DNA from: Rhizobiaceae bacterium
GTDB taxonomy: Bacteria > Pseudomonadota > Alphaproteobacteria > Rhizobiales > Rhizobiaceae
DNA: 43,192 nucleotides
Assembly: GCA_020441805.1 (NCBI GenBank)
Contig: JAGRLJ010000114.1
Coordinates: 1 to 43,192 of the forward strand
Direction of reading: 5' to 3'
Position 1 is the stretch's first letter; every line of letters starts with the position of its first letter. The notes beneath the pieces are model-generated. The model was not told the origin of the DNA and made no database searches. It worked only from the letters and a program-made list of their open reading frames with translations. Made by a program: the position numbers and the translations under genes. Shown here piece after piece: positions 28,352 through 37,405 of the stretch.

Positions 28352-28921
28352 TTACTCGACCGACGGGGTCTGGTCTTGGCCGGGCGACGCGGCGCTGGAA
28401 AGCCTTGGACGCCACAGGCGCCGAGCGGGCGAATCCGCGTCACCCTTGCCGGATGGATAACTGACGAGTTCGAACTGCATGCCCCAGGGGGACAGGAAAT
28501 AGACCCATAGCGAGCCTTTTGCCGCGCCGGACTCGATTCGTTGTATCTCTCCCTGTACGGTCACGCCGTTCGCGCGCAGATGCGCCACGGCCGCCTCGAT
28601 GTCATCGACGTAGAACGCGATGTGATGGCCCCCGACATCGCTGTTGCGCGGCGGCGCGAGAGACCGCTCCGGCGCCGAATATTCGAAAATCTCGAAATTC
28701 GGGCCGTTGCCGCAGCGCACGAAGCCCCAGCGGAAGCTGGAGCGCCGGTCGACGCCGATCTGGCGCTCCATGAAGTCCGGATCGGAGTAGGAGCCGCCGT
28801 CCAGAATGAACTCGCAGCCGATCACGCGCACGAAGAAATCGATCGCGGCGTCGAAATCGGGCACCGTTATCCCGATGTGCTCGGCTCCTTGCAGCCCCGG
28901 CAATCCGCTGGATCCCCGCAT
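28352..28921 (-). CDS. VOC (glyoxalase/bleomycin-resistance/extradiol dioxygenase) family metalloenzyme
   Basis: All four metal-ligand positions are present: EHIGITVPD, FEIFEY, GHHIAFYVDD and WVYF..PWG...ELVS. Confidence 0.85.
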   Translation of the reverse strand: MRGSSGLPGLQGAEHIGITVPDFDAAIDFFVRVIGCEFILDGGSYSDPDFMERQIGVDRRSSFRWGFVRCGNGPNFEIFEYSAPERSLAPPRNSDVGGHHIAFYVDDIEAAVAHLRANGVTVQGEIQRIESGAAKGSLWVYFLSPWGMQFELVSYPSGKGDADSPARRLWRPRLSSAASPGQDQTPSVE

Positions 28922-28923
28922 GG

Positions 28924-30060
28924 TCAGCGATCCGCGTCACGTAGGTGGGAGGCAAGGAGGCGATTGACGGCCGCTGCCGCCTCCATCATCGGCATGTGGC
29001 CGATGCCGGGGAGACGCTCGACCTTGACGTCGGCCGGCAGATTGTCTGCCTGGGAGGCGGGAATGACGCCATCCTTATCGCCCCAGACGACCAGAACGGG
29101 GACCTGCGCTGCGGCAAGCGCCGCTCGCAGGTCGAAGGCCTGCCGGCCATCGGACACAAGGCTGGCCGCGATCGCCGAGAGCGCTTCCGGCACCCCTTCC
29201 AGCCGCTTGAACTTCAGGACGTTCTCGATCATTTCCGAACTCATCGCGCCAGGGTCGGCGAAGAGCCTGGAGAGCGCTTCCTTCATCGGCCTGCGCCGGT
29301 CGGCGGCAAGGAAGCCTTCGATATAGTCGGTCGAAATCTCGGGTCCCAGACCGGCCGGCGCCAGCAGGCTGAGCGATCCGATGCGCTCGGGCGCCGAAGC
29401 GGCAGCCGAAAGAGCGACGGCTCCCCCCAGGGAATGGCCGACGAGATGCGCCCGCTCGATGCCCAGCGCGTCCAGCGCCGCGAGGACAGACCCGGTGAGC
29501 TCGTCGAGGCTGCCGGAGGGGGCCGTCGGCGCGGAGCCGCCATGCGCCGGAAGGTCGATCACATGGACCGGCCTGTCTTTCGCGAGAGCGTCCTGCGTGA
29601 AGAGCCAGGTTCCTGCATCGCCGCCGAAGCCATGGATCAGCATGACGGGTTCGCCGCCGCCACTGCCGACGCTGAGGATGTTCAGCCTGTGCGTGCCGGC
29701 CTCGACGACGCGCGGCGCCGGATAGGCATCCGCATCGGAATCGGCCGCGCCGGCCCGCTCGGCATAGCCGGCGACGAAAGTATCGATCTCGCTATCGGGA
29801 ACGCTCGCTTCGGCGAGAACGGCGAGCAGGGCGCCCACCGGCACGACCGAGCCTTCCTCGACCACGATGCGGCGAAGCAAGCCGGATACCAGCCCCTCGA
29901 CGACATTGGTGATCTTCTCCGTCTCCACTTCCATGATTTCCTGGCCGGCCGAGATCCGGTCGCCTTCCTTGACGAGCCAGGCGGCGAGGCGGCCTTCCGT
30001 CATGGTCATGCCCCATTTGGGCATGGTGATCGCTTGCAGCGCAGCATCCATTTTCGTCAT
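28924..30060 (-). CDS. acoC: AcoC-type E2 subunit: lipoyl domain plus alpha/beta-hydrolase domain
   Basis: MPKWG.TM.EG and lipoyl-Lys motif VETEKI, then IHGFGGD, GHSLGG and GH. The start overlaps the acoB stop (ATGA). Confidence 0.88.
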   Translation of the reverse strand: MTKMDAALQAITMPKWGMTMTEGRLAAWLVKEGDRISAGQEIMEVETEKITNVVEGLVSGLLRRIVVEEGSVVPVGALLAVLAEASVPDSEIDTFVAGYAERAGAADSDADAYPAPRVVEAGTHRLNILSVGSGGGEPVMLIHGFGGDAGTWLFTQDALAKDRPVHVIDLPAHGGSAPTAPSGSLDELTGSVLAALDALGIERAHLVGHSLGGAVALSAAASAPERIGSLSLLAPAGLGPEISTDYIEGFLAADRRRPMKEALSRLFADPGAMSSEMIENVLKFKRLEGVPEALSAIAASLVSDGRQAFDLRAALAAAQVPVLVVWGDKDGVIPASQADNLPADVKVERLPGIGHMPMMEAAAAVNRLLASHLRDADR

Positions 30061-31070
30061 CTCCTGTAGGCCATGGTCCTGCGGACCGCGTCGGCGATCT
30101 TCCTGGCGTCCGGCAGATATTCCGCCTCGAGATTGGGGGCGTAGGGAACCGGCGTATGGGGCGCCGTCACCTTCATGATCGGAGCCTTCAGCGCGCCGAA
30201 CGCATTCTCGGCGATGATCGAGGAGATGTCGGCCGCTATGCCGCAGCGCGGATTGGCCTCGTCCACGATCACCACGCGGCCCGTCTCCTCGGTCATTTCG
30301 AGAATGGTGTCTTCGTCCAGAGGGGAGGTCGTTCTGGGATCGACCACCGTGCAATCGATGCCCTCCGCGGCCAGCGTGGCCGCGGCTTCCCTTGCATATT
30401 GCACCATGCGGCCGATGGCGATGATCGTGGCGTCCTCGCCTTCCCGTAGAATGCTGGCTTCGCCAAACGGGATGGAATAGGCGCCGTCCGGAACCTCTCC
30501 GACCGTATCGTAGAGAAGCTTGTTCTCAAGGAAGATGACGGGATCGTCGTCGCGGATCGCCTGGATCAGCAAGCCCTTGGCGTCATACGGGGTCGAAGGA
30601 ATCACGACCTTGAGTCCGGGAATGTGGGTGAAGATGGGATAGAGGGCCTGACTATGCTGGCTCGCGGACCGCGCGCCGGCGCCGTAGGTGGCGCGCAGCA
30701 CGAATGGCGTCACCGCCTTGCCGCCGAACATGTAACGGAACTTGGCCGCCTGATTGAAAATCTGGTCGAAGCAGACACCGAGGAAATCGACGAACATGAT
30801 TTCGACGACCGGACGCAACCCGGTGAGGGCGGCACCCGCCGCCGCGCCGACGAAGGCGCTTTCGGTAATCGGCGTGTCACGCACACGCGACGGACCAAAG
30901 GCGCCGAGCAGGCCCTTGGTCACGCCGAAGGCGCCGCCCCAGGCGTCCTGCTGGCCGGATGCGCCCGACCCGCCGGCGATGTCCTCGCCGAGGACGATCA
31001 TGCGCGGGTCGCGGGCCATTTCGTGATGCAGGGCCTCGTTGAGAGCCTGACGATAGGATTTCTGTGGCAT
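30057..31070 (-). CDS. acoB: TPP-dependent acetoin-dehydrogenase-type E1 beta subunit
   Basis: GED..GG.G....DAWGG..GVTKGL (AcoB-type insert), DTPI.E, NQAAK.RYMFGGK, QHSQ and HTPVP. Confidence 0.88.
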   Translation of the reverse strand: MPQKSYRQALNEALHHEMARDPRMIVLGEDIAGGSGASGQQDAWGGAFGVTKGLLGAFGPSRVRDTPITESAFVGAAAGAALTGLRPVVEIMFVDFLGVCFDQIFNQAAKFRYMFGGKAVTPFVLRATYGAGARSASQHSQALYPIFTHIPGLKVVIPSTPYDAKGLLIQAIRDDDPVIFLENKLLYDTVGEVPDGAYSIPFGEASILREGEDATIIAIGRMVQYAREAAATLAAEGIDCTVVDPRTTSPLDEDTILEMTEETGRVVIVDEANPRCGIAADISSIIAENAFGALKAPIMKVTAPHTPVPYAPNLEAEYLPDARKIADAVRRTMAYRR

Positions 31071-31081
31071 GTCGATCTCGC

Positions 31082-32059
31082 TTAGACGTAACGGACGTAG
31101 ACGTCGGTGGTGAGTGTATCGAGGGAAGGTTGCGACGCGGCCCGGGCCGCCTTGACGGCGCTGTCGATCAGGGACTGAACCTCGGCATCGACGCTATCGA
31201 GATCGCTTTCGGCAAGCAGGCCCGCTTCGCCGACGCGTCGGCGGAAGGCCGTCAGGCAGTCGCGGTCGCGGCGCATCGCCGCCTTTTCCTCCGCGGTGCG
31301 ATAATTGTCCGGATCGCCGCTGAAATGGCCATAATAACGCGGGGTCTCGATGTGAAGCAGCGTCGGCCCTTCGCCGCGCCGTGCGCGCGCCACCGCCTCC
31401 GCGGTCGCATCGTGAACCGCGAAGAAATCGACGCCGTCCACTCTGGCGAAGGCCATGCCCAGCGCTTCGGCACGCTTCACGATCTCGCCGGCGACGACGA
31501 AGGAGCTTGCCGTCGCTTCCCCGAATCCGTTGTCCTCAACGGCGAAGATCACCGGCAGCTTCCATATCTGGGCGAGGTTCATGCTTTCGGCGGTGGTGCC
31601 CTGATTGATCGCCCCGTCGCCCGTGAAGACCACGGCGACATCGTCGCGACCGAGAACCTGCGCCGTCAATGCCGCGCCGCAGGCCAGCGGCGGGCCGCCG
31701 CCGACGATGCCATTGGCGCCGAGCATTCCTTTCGAAAGGTCGGCGATGTGCATCGAACCGCCCTTGCCGCGGCAGATGCCCGTGTCCTTGCCGAAAATTT
31801 CCGCCATCATCCCATGCACGTCGCATCCCTTGGCGATGCTGTGCCCGTGGCCGCGATGCGTCGAGGCGATATGGTCGGCCTGGGTGAGATGCATGCACAC
31901 GCCCACCGCCGACGCCTCCTGCCCGGCATAGAGATGGGTGTTGCCCGGAATGTCGCCGCTCGCCATCTCGGCGCTGACGCGATCCTCGAAGACGCGAATG
32001 GTCCGCATTGTACGGTACGCCTCCAACAGTTTTTCTCGCGATAATTGCATTCCGCTCAT
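31082..32059 (-). CDS. acoA: TPP-dependent acetoin-dehydrogenase-type E1 alpha subunit
   Basis: HLYAGQEA, STHRGHGH.IAKG, GKGGSMH, TPP motif GDGA.NQG...E..N and RY.GH..GD. Confidence 0.88.
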   Translation of the reverse strand: MSGMQLSREKLLEAYRTMRTIRVFEDRVSAEMASGDIPGNTHLYAGQEASAVGVCMHLTQADHIASTHRGHGHSIAKGCDVHGMMAEIFGKDTGICRGKGGSMHIADLSKGMLGANGIVGGGPPLACGAALTAQVLGRDDVAVVFTGDGAINQGTTAESMNLAQIWKLPVIFAVEDNGFGEATASSFVVAGEIVKRAEALGMAFARVDGVDFFAVHDATAEAVARARRGEGPTLLHIETPRYYGHFSGDPDNYRTAEEKAAMRRDRDCLTAFRRRVGEAGLLAESDLDSVDAEVQSLIDSAVKAARAASQPSLDTLTTDVYVRYV

Positions 32060-32156
32060 GGCGAACTCCGATATTGCAATGGATTGTCATTTGGACGCGG
32101 GTGGAGACTGTAGCTACTATAGAAGGCAGTCCGTGCGCGAGTTTATCAAAAGTGTT

Positions 32157-32187
32157 GCGATTTCGATATTTTTTTGCAAGAAATCGC
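32157..32187. promoter_or_regulatory. Inverted repeat GCGATTTC-N15-GAAATCGC around a T-tract in the acoA/Lrp divergent promoter region
   Basis: Perfect 8-bp arms at 32157-32164 and 32180-32187, in an AT-rich intergenic region of an otherwise GC-rich window. Confidence 0.5.
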
Positions 32188-32216
32188 CGAACACGCGAAA
32201 ATGGAGCGTCAGGCGC

Positions 32217-32675
32217 ATGCTCGATAATTTCGATATCAAACTTCTCAATCTGATGCAGACGGACACGCGCCGTACGGCGCGGGAACTGTCCGAGGCGGTG
32301 GGTCTCTCTCCCTCCGCATGCATGCGGCGCCTCAACAGGCTGCGTGAAACCGGAATCATCGAAGCTGAGATTGCCGTGGTGTCACCCGCGGCGGTCGGGC
32401 ATCGGCTCACCATGGTTGTGGAAGTATCGCTGGAACGGGAACGGCCCGACATCATGAGCGACTTCAAGAAGGCGATGCGCATGACGCCCGAAGTCATCCA
32501 GTGCTACTATGTGACCGGTGAAGTCGACTTCATCCTCATCGTCACGGTCAAGAGCATGAGCGACTACGAGGCGTTCACCAACGACTTCCTGTTCAACAAC
32601 AAGAACATCAAGCGCTTCAACACGCTCGTCGTCATGGACCGCGTGAAGATAGGCCTGTCGGTGCCCCTGGAGTGA
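32217..32675 (+). CDS. Lrp/AsnC family transcriptional regulator
   Basis: LD..D.KLL..MQ.D.R.T..ELSE.VGLS.S.C.RR..RL...G.I helix-turn-helix, and PEV.QCYYVTGE.DF RAM domain. GGAG precedes ATG 32217. Confidence 0.92.
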   Translation: MLDNFDIKLLNLMQTDTRRTARELSEAVGLSPSACMRRLNRLRETGIIEAEIAVVSPAAVGHRLTMVVEVSLERERPDIMSDFKKAMRMTPEVIQCYYVTGEVDFILIVTVKSMSDYEAFTNDFLFNNKNIKRFNTLVVMDRVKIGLSVPLE

Positions 32676-32759
32676 CAGGCGCCGCAACCGGAGCAACGGG
32701 ATCGACACGATCCCGGCCTTTCGGCTGTCCTTGAGGCAAATCCGACGATCGTCTTCAAT

Positions 32760-33779
32760 TTAACTTTGGATGGCGGCCTCGAGCGCCGGCTTCCTCTCGT
32801 AGAGGCCGAGGACCTGGCCCTGAAGACGCAGCAGCGTCGCGACCGCATCGAGCGTCGGTGTCGGGACGGCGAGCCTGCGGGCGAGTTCCTGAACCGAGGA
32901 AACCAGCGGGTCGATTTCCATCGGCCGCCCCAGTTCGACGTCGTGGCGGGTCGAGGGCTTGTGGCCGATAATGTCGGTGCCGCCCTTGATGCGCTGCTCG
33001 ATGGTGACACCGAAGCGGGCTCCGACCGCTTCGCCGACCGCCTTGCACTCCACCATCATGGCGTGGATCAGTCCGCGGCAGGCGTCGTCGTGGCCGATCA
33101 CGTCCAGGCTGGCCCCCGTCAGGGCCGATACCGGATTGAACGAGCAATTGCCCCAAAGCTTGATCCAGATTTCGTCGCGCAGCCGCGCCTTGCGCGGCGC
33201 CCTCAGTCCGCCGGCGATCAGCATCTCCGACAGCAGCCGCAGCCGCCGGCTGTCGGAGCCGTCCGGCTCGCCAAGCGTGAAGCGGTCGCCTTTCGAATGG
33301 TGGATCACGCCAGGCTCGGGAATGTCGCAGGCCGGATAGACGACGCAGCCTATCGCCCTTTCGGGACCCAGGACCTTCCATTGCCGTCCGCCCGGGTCGA
33401 CGCTTTCCAGCCATGTCCCGTCGAGGGCCGTGCCCGTATTGGCGCCGTGAAAATACCACCATGGCAAGCCGTTGACGGCCGGCACCACCGCCGTGTCCGC
33501 CGACAGGAGCGGCGCGAACTGGTCCACCACGGCCGGTACGGCATGCGCCTTCATGCCGACGATGACGTAATCCTGCGCGCCCAGTGCGCCCGGGTCGTCG
33601 GTGGCCCGCACGCGCCACGTCGTTTCCTCGCCTTCCTTTCGCAATTTCAGGCCGTTGGCCTGGATTGCCGCCAGATGCGGTCCCCGGGCGATCACGGACA
33701 CCTCCGCGCCGGCCCTGGCCAGCGAGGCGGCCAGATAACCGCCGATGGCGCCCGCCCCGAAAACGCAGACTCTGGTCAT
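32760..33779 (-). CDS. Ketopantoate-reductase-family oxidoreductase, PanE2/oxalyl-CoA-reductase-like
   Basis: GAGAIGG, MKAH, NGLPWWYF, GCVVYP, IWIKLWGN..FNP.SALT and HKPS...D.E.GR..E.D. It is translationally coupled to an oxalate-CoA ligase-like gene. Confidence 0.8.
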   Translation of the reverse strand: MTRVCVFGAGAIGGYLAASLARAGAEVSVIARGPHLAAIQANGLKLRKEGEETTWRVRATDDPGALGAQDYVIVGMKAHAVPAVVDQFAPLLSADTAVVPAVNGLPWWYFHGANTGTALDGTWLESVDPGGRQWKVLGPERAIGCVVYPACDIPEPGVIHHSKGDRFTLGEPDGSDSRRLRLLSEMLIAGGLRAPRKARLRDEIWIKLWGNCSFNPVSALTGASLDVIGHDDACRGLIHAMMVECKAVGEAVGARFGVTIEQRIKGGTDIIGHKPSTRHDVELGRPMEIDPLVSSVQELARRLAVPTPTLDAVATLLRLQGQVLGLYERKPALEAAIQS

Positions 33780-35287
33780 GCCGGCTCTCCCAGATTCAGT
33801 TGTCGGGCCAGTCCGATGCGCTGTATCTTGCCGGTCGCGCCCTTTGGAATTTCATCGAGGACGACGATCTTGCGCGGCACCTTGTAGGCGGCGAGCGTCT
33901 GGGCAGCGAAGGCCTGGAGTTCGCCGGCCGCGACGGTCGCGCCTTCCGCGAGCACCACCGCGGCCGCAACCTCTTCGCCCAGGGCTTTGTGCGGCATGCC
34001 GAAGGTGACGGCCTGCCTTACGGCCGGGTGTTCGAGCAGCACGTCGTCCACTTCCAGGGGCGAGATCTTCTCACCGCCTCGATTGATGATCTCCTTGATG
34101 CGGCCGGTGATCTTCAGATACCCGTCGGCATCGAGATAGCCCTGGTCGCCGGTGCGAAACCATCCGTTCGTGAAGCTCGAGGCATTGGCTGACGGGTTGT
34201 TTTCATAGCCTGCGGTCACATTGGCGCCCCTGATGCAGACCTCGCCTTCCTCGCCGGTGCCGAGCAAGGCGCCCTCGGCGTCGAGGATGCGGATTTCAGG
34301 GCCGGCGGCCCTGCCGACAAAGCCGGGTTTCTGCTCGCCTGGGGGCAGCGGATTGGATGCCATCTGATGGGTGGCTTCCGTCATGCCATAGGCTTCGATC
34401 ACGGGGCAGCGGAATGTCTCGTGAAGAAGCTTGAAGACGGCCGGCGGCAAGGAGGCTGAGGAGGAGCGCACGAAGCGCAACGCCATCGCCGCGACCGCCT
34501 CGGGGTTGCGTTCTGCCCGCTGAAGGATCGCCTGATGCATGGTCGGCACCGCCGAATACCAGCTCGGCTTTTCCTCGGCTGCCCAGCCGAAGAATCGCAG
34601 TGCGTTGAAGCCCGGCGTGCAGCATATGGAAGCCCCCGCATTCACCGACGCCAGCACCACCGCTATCAGTCCGTGAATGTGGAACAGCGGCATGATGTTG
34701 AGGCAGTGATCGTCCTCGGTCAGGGCGAGCGTGCCGGAGACGTTGTTGGCGGATGCGAACAGGTTGGCTTGCGACAGCGGCACGACCTTGGGGCGCGAGG
34801 TCGTGCCCGACGTATGCAGCACAAGCGCCTCATGATCGGGGCCGGGCGGCAGGCAGTCGGCCTCCTCTTCCCACAGACTGAAGACGCCGGCCGGGGCATT
34901 CTCCTCCACCTTGATCTCAGCCACGTCCATGCCGAGCTGGGCCGCGGCCGCGCGCACCGGATTGTCCGATCCGGCATCGACCATGACCAGCTTCGGCTTC
35001 AGGTCGGAGAGATAGAATGCGTATTCGGCTTCGGTATAGGCAGGATTGAGGGGCGCCGCCGACAGGCCCGAGGCCACCGCCAGGAACGACGACGCCATTT
35101 CCGGTCCGTTGGGCAATACGATCGCCACCCGGTCGCCGGGGCCGATATCGCGCGCCGCGAGCTGCCTGTGGATGCGGCGCACGAAATCGCGCAGCCCCCC
35201 ATAGCTCAGCCCCGCGCGCCCGGGCGCGGTGAGCGCCGGCGCTTCAGTGTTTCCCCGTCGCAGCAGTTCCAGAACGGTGTTCGTCAC
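33776..35287 (-). CDS. Acyl-CoA synthetase, oxalate--CoA ligase-like (Oxs/AAE3/Pcs60 clade)
   Basis: GTG start with AAGGAG RBS. Motifs APLNPAY, LHTSGTTSRPK.VPL, MPLFHIHGL, WYSAVPTMHQ, RSSSASL, EAYGMTEATHQMASNPLP and INRGGEKISP.EVD. Confidence 0.82.
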   Translation of the reverse strand: MTNTVLELLRRGNTEAPALTAPGRAGLSYGGLRDFVRRIHRQLAARDIGPGDRVAIVLPNGPEMASSFLAVASGLSAAPLNPAYTEAEYAFYLSDLKPKLVMVDAGSDNPVRAAAAQLGMDVAEIKVEENAPAGVFSLWEEEADCLPPGPDHEALVLHTSGTTSRPKVVPLSQANLFASANNVSGTLALTEDDHCLNIMPLFHIHGLIAVVLASVNAGASICCTPGFNALRFFGWAAEEKPSWYSAVPTMHQAILQRAERNPEAVAAMALRFVRSSSASLPPAVFKLLHETFRCPVIEAYGMTEATHQMASNPLPPGEQKPGFVGRAAGPEIRILDAEGALLGTGEEGEVCIRGANVTAGYENNPSANASSFTNGWFRTGDQGYLDADGYLKITGRIKEIINRGGEKISPLEVDDVLLEHPAVRQAVTFGMPHKALGEEVAAAVVLAEGATVAAGELQAFAAQTLAAYKVPRKIVVLDEIPKGATGKIQRIGLARQLNLGEPA

Positions 35288-35400
35288 CCCTTCACTCCTT
35301 CGTTCGTCACCATGCCCCGAGACCGGGCGCTTCCCATTGCCCGGTTCAAAGCGTTCCCGTATTTATCAAAATGGTCGCGCGGCGCGTCGCCTCGCCGCCG

Positions 35401-36180
35401 TCAGTCGTAGAATTCCGGCGCCAGTCGCAATGCTTGCACCCTGACGGGATCGTGCAGCAGGATCATCTCGGCCGAACGTTCCCGCGCGATCGCCTTCAGC
35501 CTGCGAATGGACAGAAGCGCGGCCTCGTCGTCGCAGCTCTCGCCCGGGATGACCTCATCCTCGAAATTTTCCCACAAGTCGCCGGCATCCGCCGTCAACA
35601 CCTTCACGCCTTCGTTCGGCAAGGTCACGACAAGCGATTGATGGCCCGGCATGTGGCCACGGGTGAAGATGCCCTCGATCCCCGGCATCATCTCCCAGTC
35701 GCCGTCGACGATCTGCCAGCGCATGTCCGGGAAATCGAAGTCGTCGTTGAACACGGCGGGGCTTCGGTGATCGGAGAAGGCGAATTCATGCTCCAGGCGC
35801 TGGATCCATATCCGTGCATGCCGAAAGTGCTTGAGATTGCCGGTATGATCGCAATGAACATGGCTGAGCACGACGTCGCCGATATCAGCCGGCGATACGC
35901 CGGCGGAAGCCAGTTGCGCCAGGAAGTCGTGCTCCGGCAGCACGATCGGCGGCGCAAGCCAGCCCCGGCGCATGAAGTAGGCCTCTCGGCGGACCGGATC
36001 GCGGATATTGTCGACATTGACGCCGGTATCGAACAGGACGAGGCCGCGTTCCGTTTCGATCAGATAGGCGCAGATCGGCTCGGCCATGACAAAGCGCGCG
36101 CCTCGATCGCGCGTCGAGACCGTTTTCGGAATGACCTCGTAGCCGAGTAGAAGGATAGTGATCTTCCTGGCAAGCGTCAC
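35401..36180 (-). CDS. Metallo-beta-lactamase-fold hydrolase, N-acyl-homoserine-lactonase (AiiA/AttM)-like family
   Basis: GTG at 36180 follows AAGGAG. Motifs LFDTG, SHVHCDHTGN (HxHxDH), T.GH.PGHQS, L..DA and C-terminal HD. Confidence 0.85.
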   Translation of the reverse strand: MTLARKITILLLGYEVIPKTVSTRDRGARFVMAEPICAYLIETERGLVLFDTGVNVDNIRDPVRREAYFMRRGWLAPPIVLPEHDFLAQLASAGVSPADIGDVVLSHVHCDHTGNLKHFRHARIWIQRLEHEFAFSDHRSPAVFNDDFDFPDMRWQIVDGDWEMMPGIEGIFTRGHMPGHQSLVVTLPNEGVKVLTADAGDLWENFEDEVIPGESCDDEAALLSIRRLKAIARERSAEMILLHDPVRVQALRLAPEFYD

Positions 36181-36249
36181 AATTCTCTCCTTGTCCGCTC
36201 CACGCTTCGCGGGATCATGCGCAACTCCAAATTTGCCCGTCAATAGACG

Positions 36250-36320
36250 GCGGTTTTTTGCATTTTTTTGAGTTCTGCGCGTAATTTTTGCGTATTGGGA
36301 TGTTTTTTACAGATTTTCCG
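36250..36320. promoter_or_regulatory. Phased T-tracts in the divergent promoter between the MBL hydrolase and the BMP ABC operon
   Basis: T-runs at 36254-59, 36263-69, 36285-89, 36303-08 and 36314-17, roughly in a 10-bp register. Confidence 0.45.
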
Positions 36321-36383
36321 CGTTGGCCTGGTGTTACCTTTCGATGGAGGGGAATGATCCAGGTGGGAAATCGGGAGGAACGG

Positions 36384-37382
36384 ATGAACCACAAGCGACG
36401 CGATCTGCTGAAATTCACTGCACTCGGACTGGGTGTCTGGGCCACCGGCCTGCCGGCGGCCAGGGCGGCCAATGCGACGCCCCGTATCCGCGCCATTTTC
36501 GAAACGCCGATGGAGGAGCCGTTCGTCACGCAGCTTCATGTGGCGATGAAGCGGATCGCCTCCGAGAAGGGTCTCGACTACAAATATTCGGAGTCCGTGA
36601 AGGCCGCCGACTTCCCCCGGGTGCTGCGCCAGTGGTGCGAGGAAGGTATCGAGCTTATCGTCGGAGACGCCTACGGCACGGAACAGATGTGCCGGCGCGT
36701 CGCCAGCGGTTACTCCGGCACCGCCTTCACCCTCGGCTCGGCGATGGGGCCGACGGCGCCGAATGTATCGACCTTTTACGGACAGAATTACGAGGCGGCC
36801 TATCTCGCGGGCATGCTGGCCGCGGGGCTCTCGAAATCCGGCAAGATCGGCGTGGTCGCCGGCATTGCCGTACCCACGACCTACGGCCTGCTCAATGCCT
36901 ACCGCGACGGCGCGAAGGCGACGCGAGCCGATATCCAGCTGAAAGTCGCCTATATCGGTTCGATGTTCGACCCGCCGAAGGCCAAGGAAGCCACCATCGC
37001 CATGGCGGACATGGGTGTGGACGTGGTCTTCGCGGAACGCATCGGCGTCATCGAGGCCGCGACCGAGCGCGGTATGATTGCCATCGGCAACATGACCGAT
37101 CAGTCCGAGATCAATCCGCAAACGGTTGTCAGCAGCGCGATGTGGGATCCCTATCCCATCATAAAGGCGTCGGTCGAGGCGGTCAGTTCCGGCACCTTCG
37201 CGGCCCAGGACTACAGCGTGCTCGAAAATATCGCCAACGGTGTGAATTACCTTGCATCCTACAAGGCTTTCGAGGACAAGGTCCCTGCCGAACTGAAGGC
37301 GGCGATCGAGGCAAAATCGAAAGAGATCGCAAGCGGAGCCACAAAGGTCGCTTACGACGAGAGTGAGACGAAGTCCGACTGA
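36384..37382 (+). CDS. BMP/PnrA-family (nucleoside/purine-type) ABC substrate-binding protein with Tat signal
   Basis: GGAGGA RBS, KRRDLLK twin-arginine signal, YEAAYLAGMLA...SKSGKIG.V, F.DP.KAKEA..A..D.G.DV and IGN..DQ. Confidence 0.88.
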   Translation: MNHKRRDLLKFTALGLGVWATGLPAARAANATPRIRAIFETPMEEPFVTQLHVAMKRIASEKGLDYKYSESVKAADFPRVLRQWCEEGIELIVGDAYGTEQMCRRVASGYSGTAFTLGSAMGPTAPNVSTFYGQNYEAAYLAGMLAAGLSKSGKIGVVAGIAVPTTYGLLNAYRDGAKATRADIQLKVAYIGSMFDPPKAKEATIAMADMGVDVVFAERIGVIEAATERGMIAIGNMTDQSEINPQTVVSSAMWDPYPIIKASVEAVSSGTFAAQDYSVLENIANGVNYLASYKAFEDKVPAELKAAIEAKSKEIASGATKVAYDESETKSD

Positions 37383-37405
37383 CGGGGCCTGTGGAGACCA
37401 CGATC

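Noticed and set aside
32760-33779. Pantothenate biosynthesis panE
   Set aside because: There are no pan genes nearby. The NGLPWWYF-type sequence and coupling to an oxalate-CoA ligase-like gene point to the PanE2 clade.
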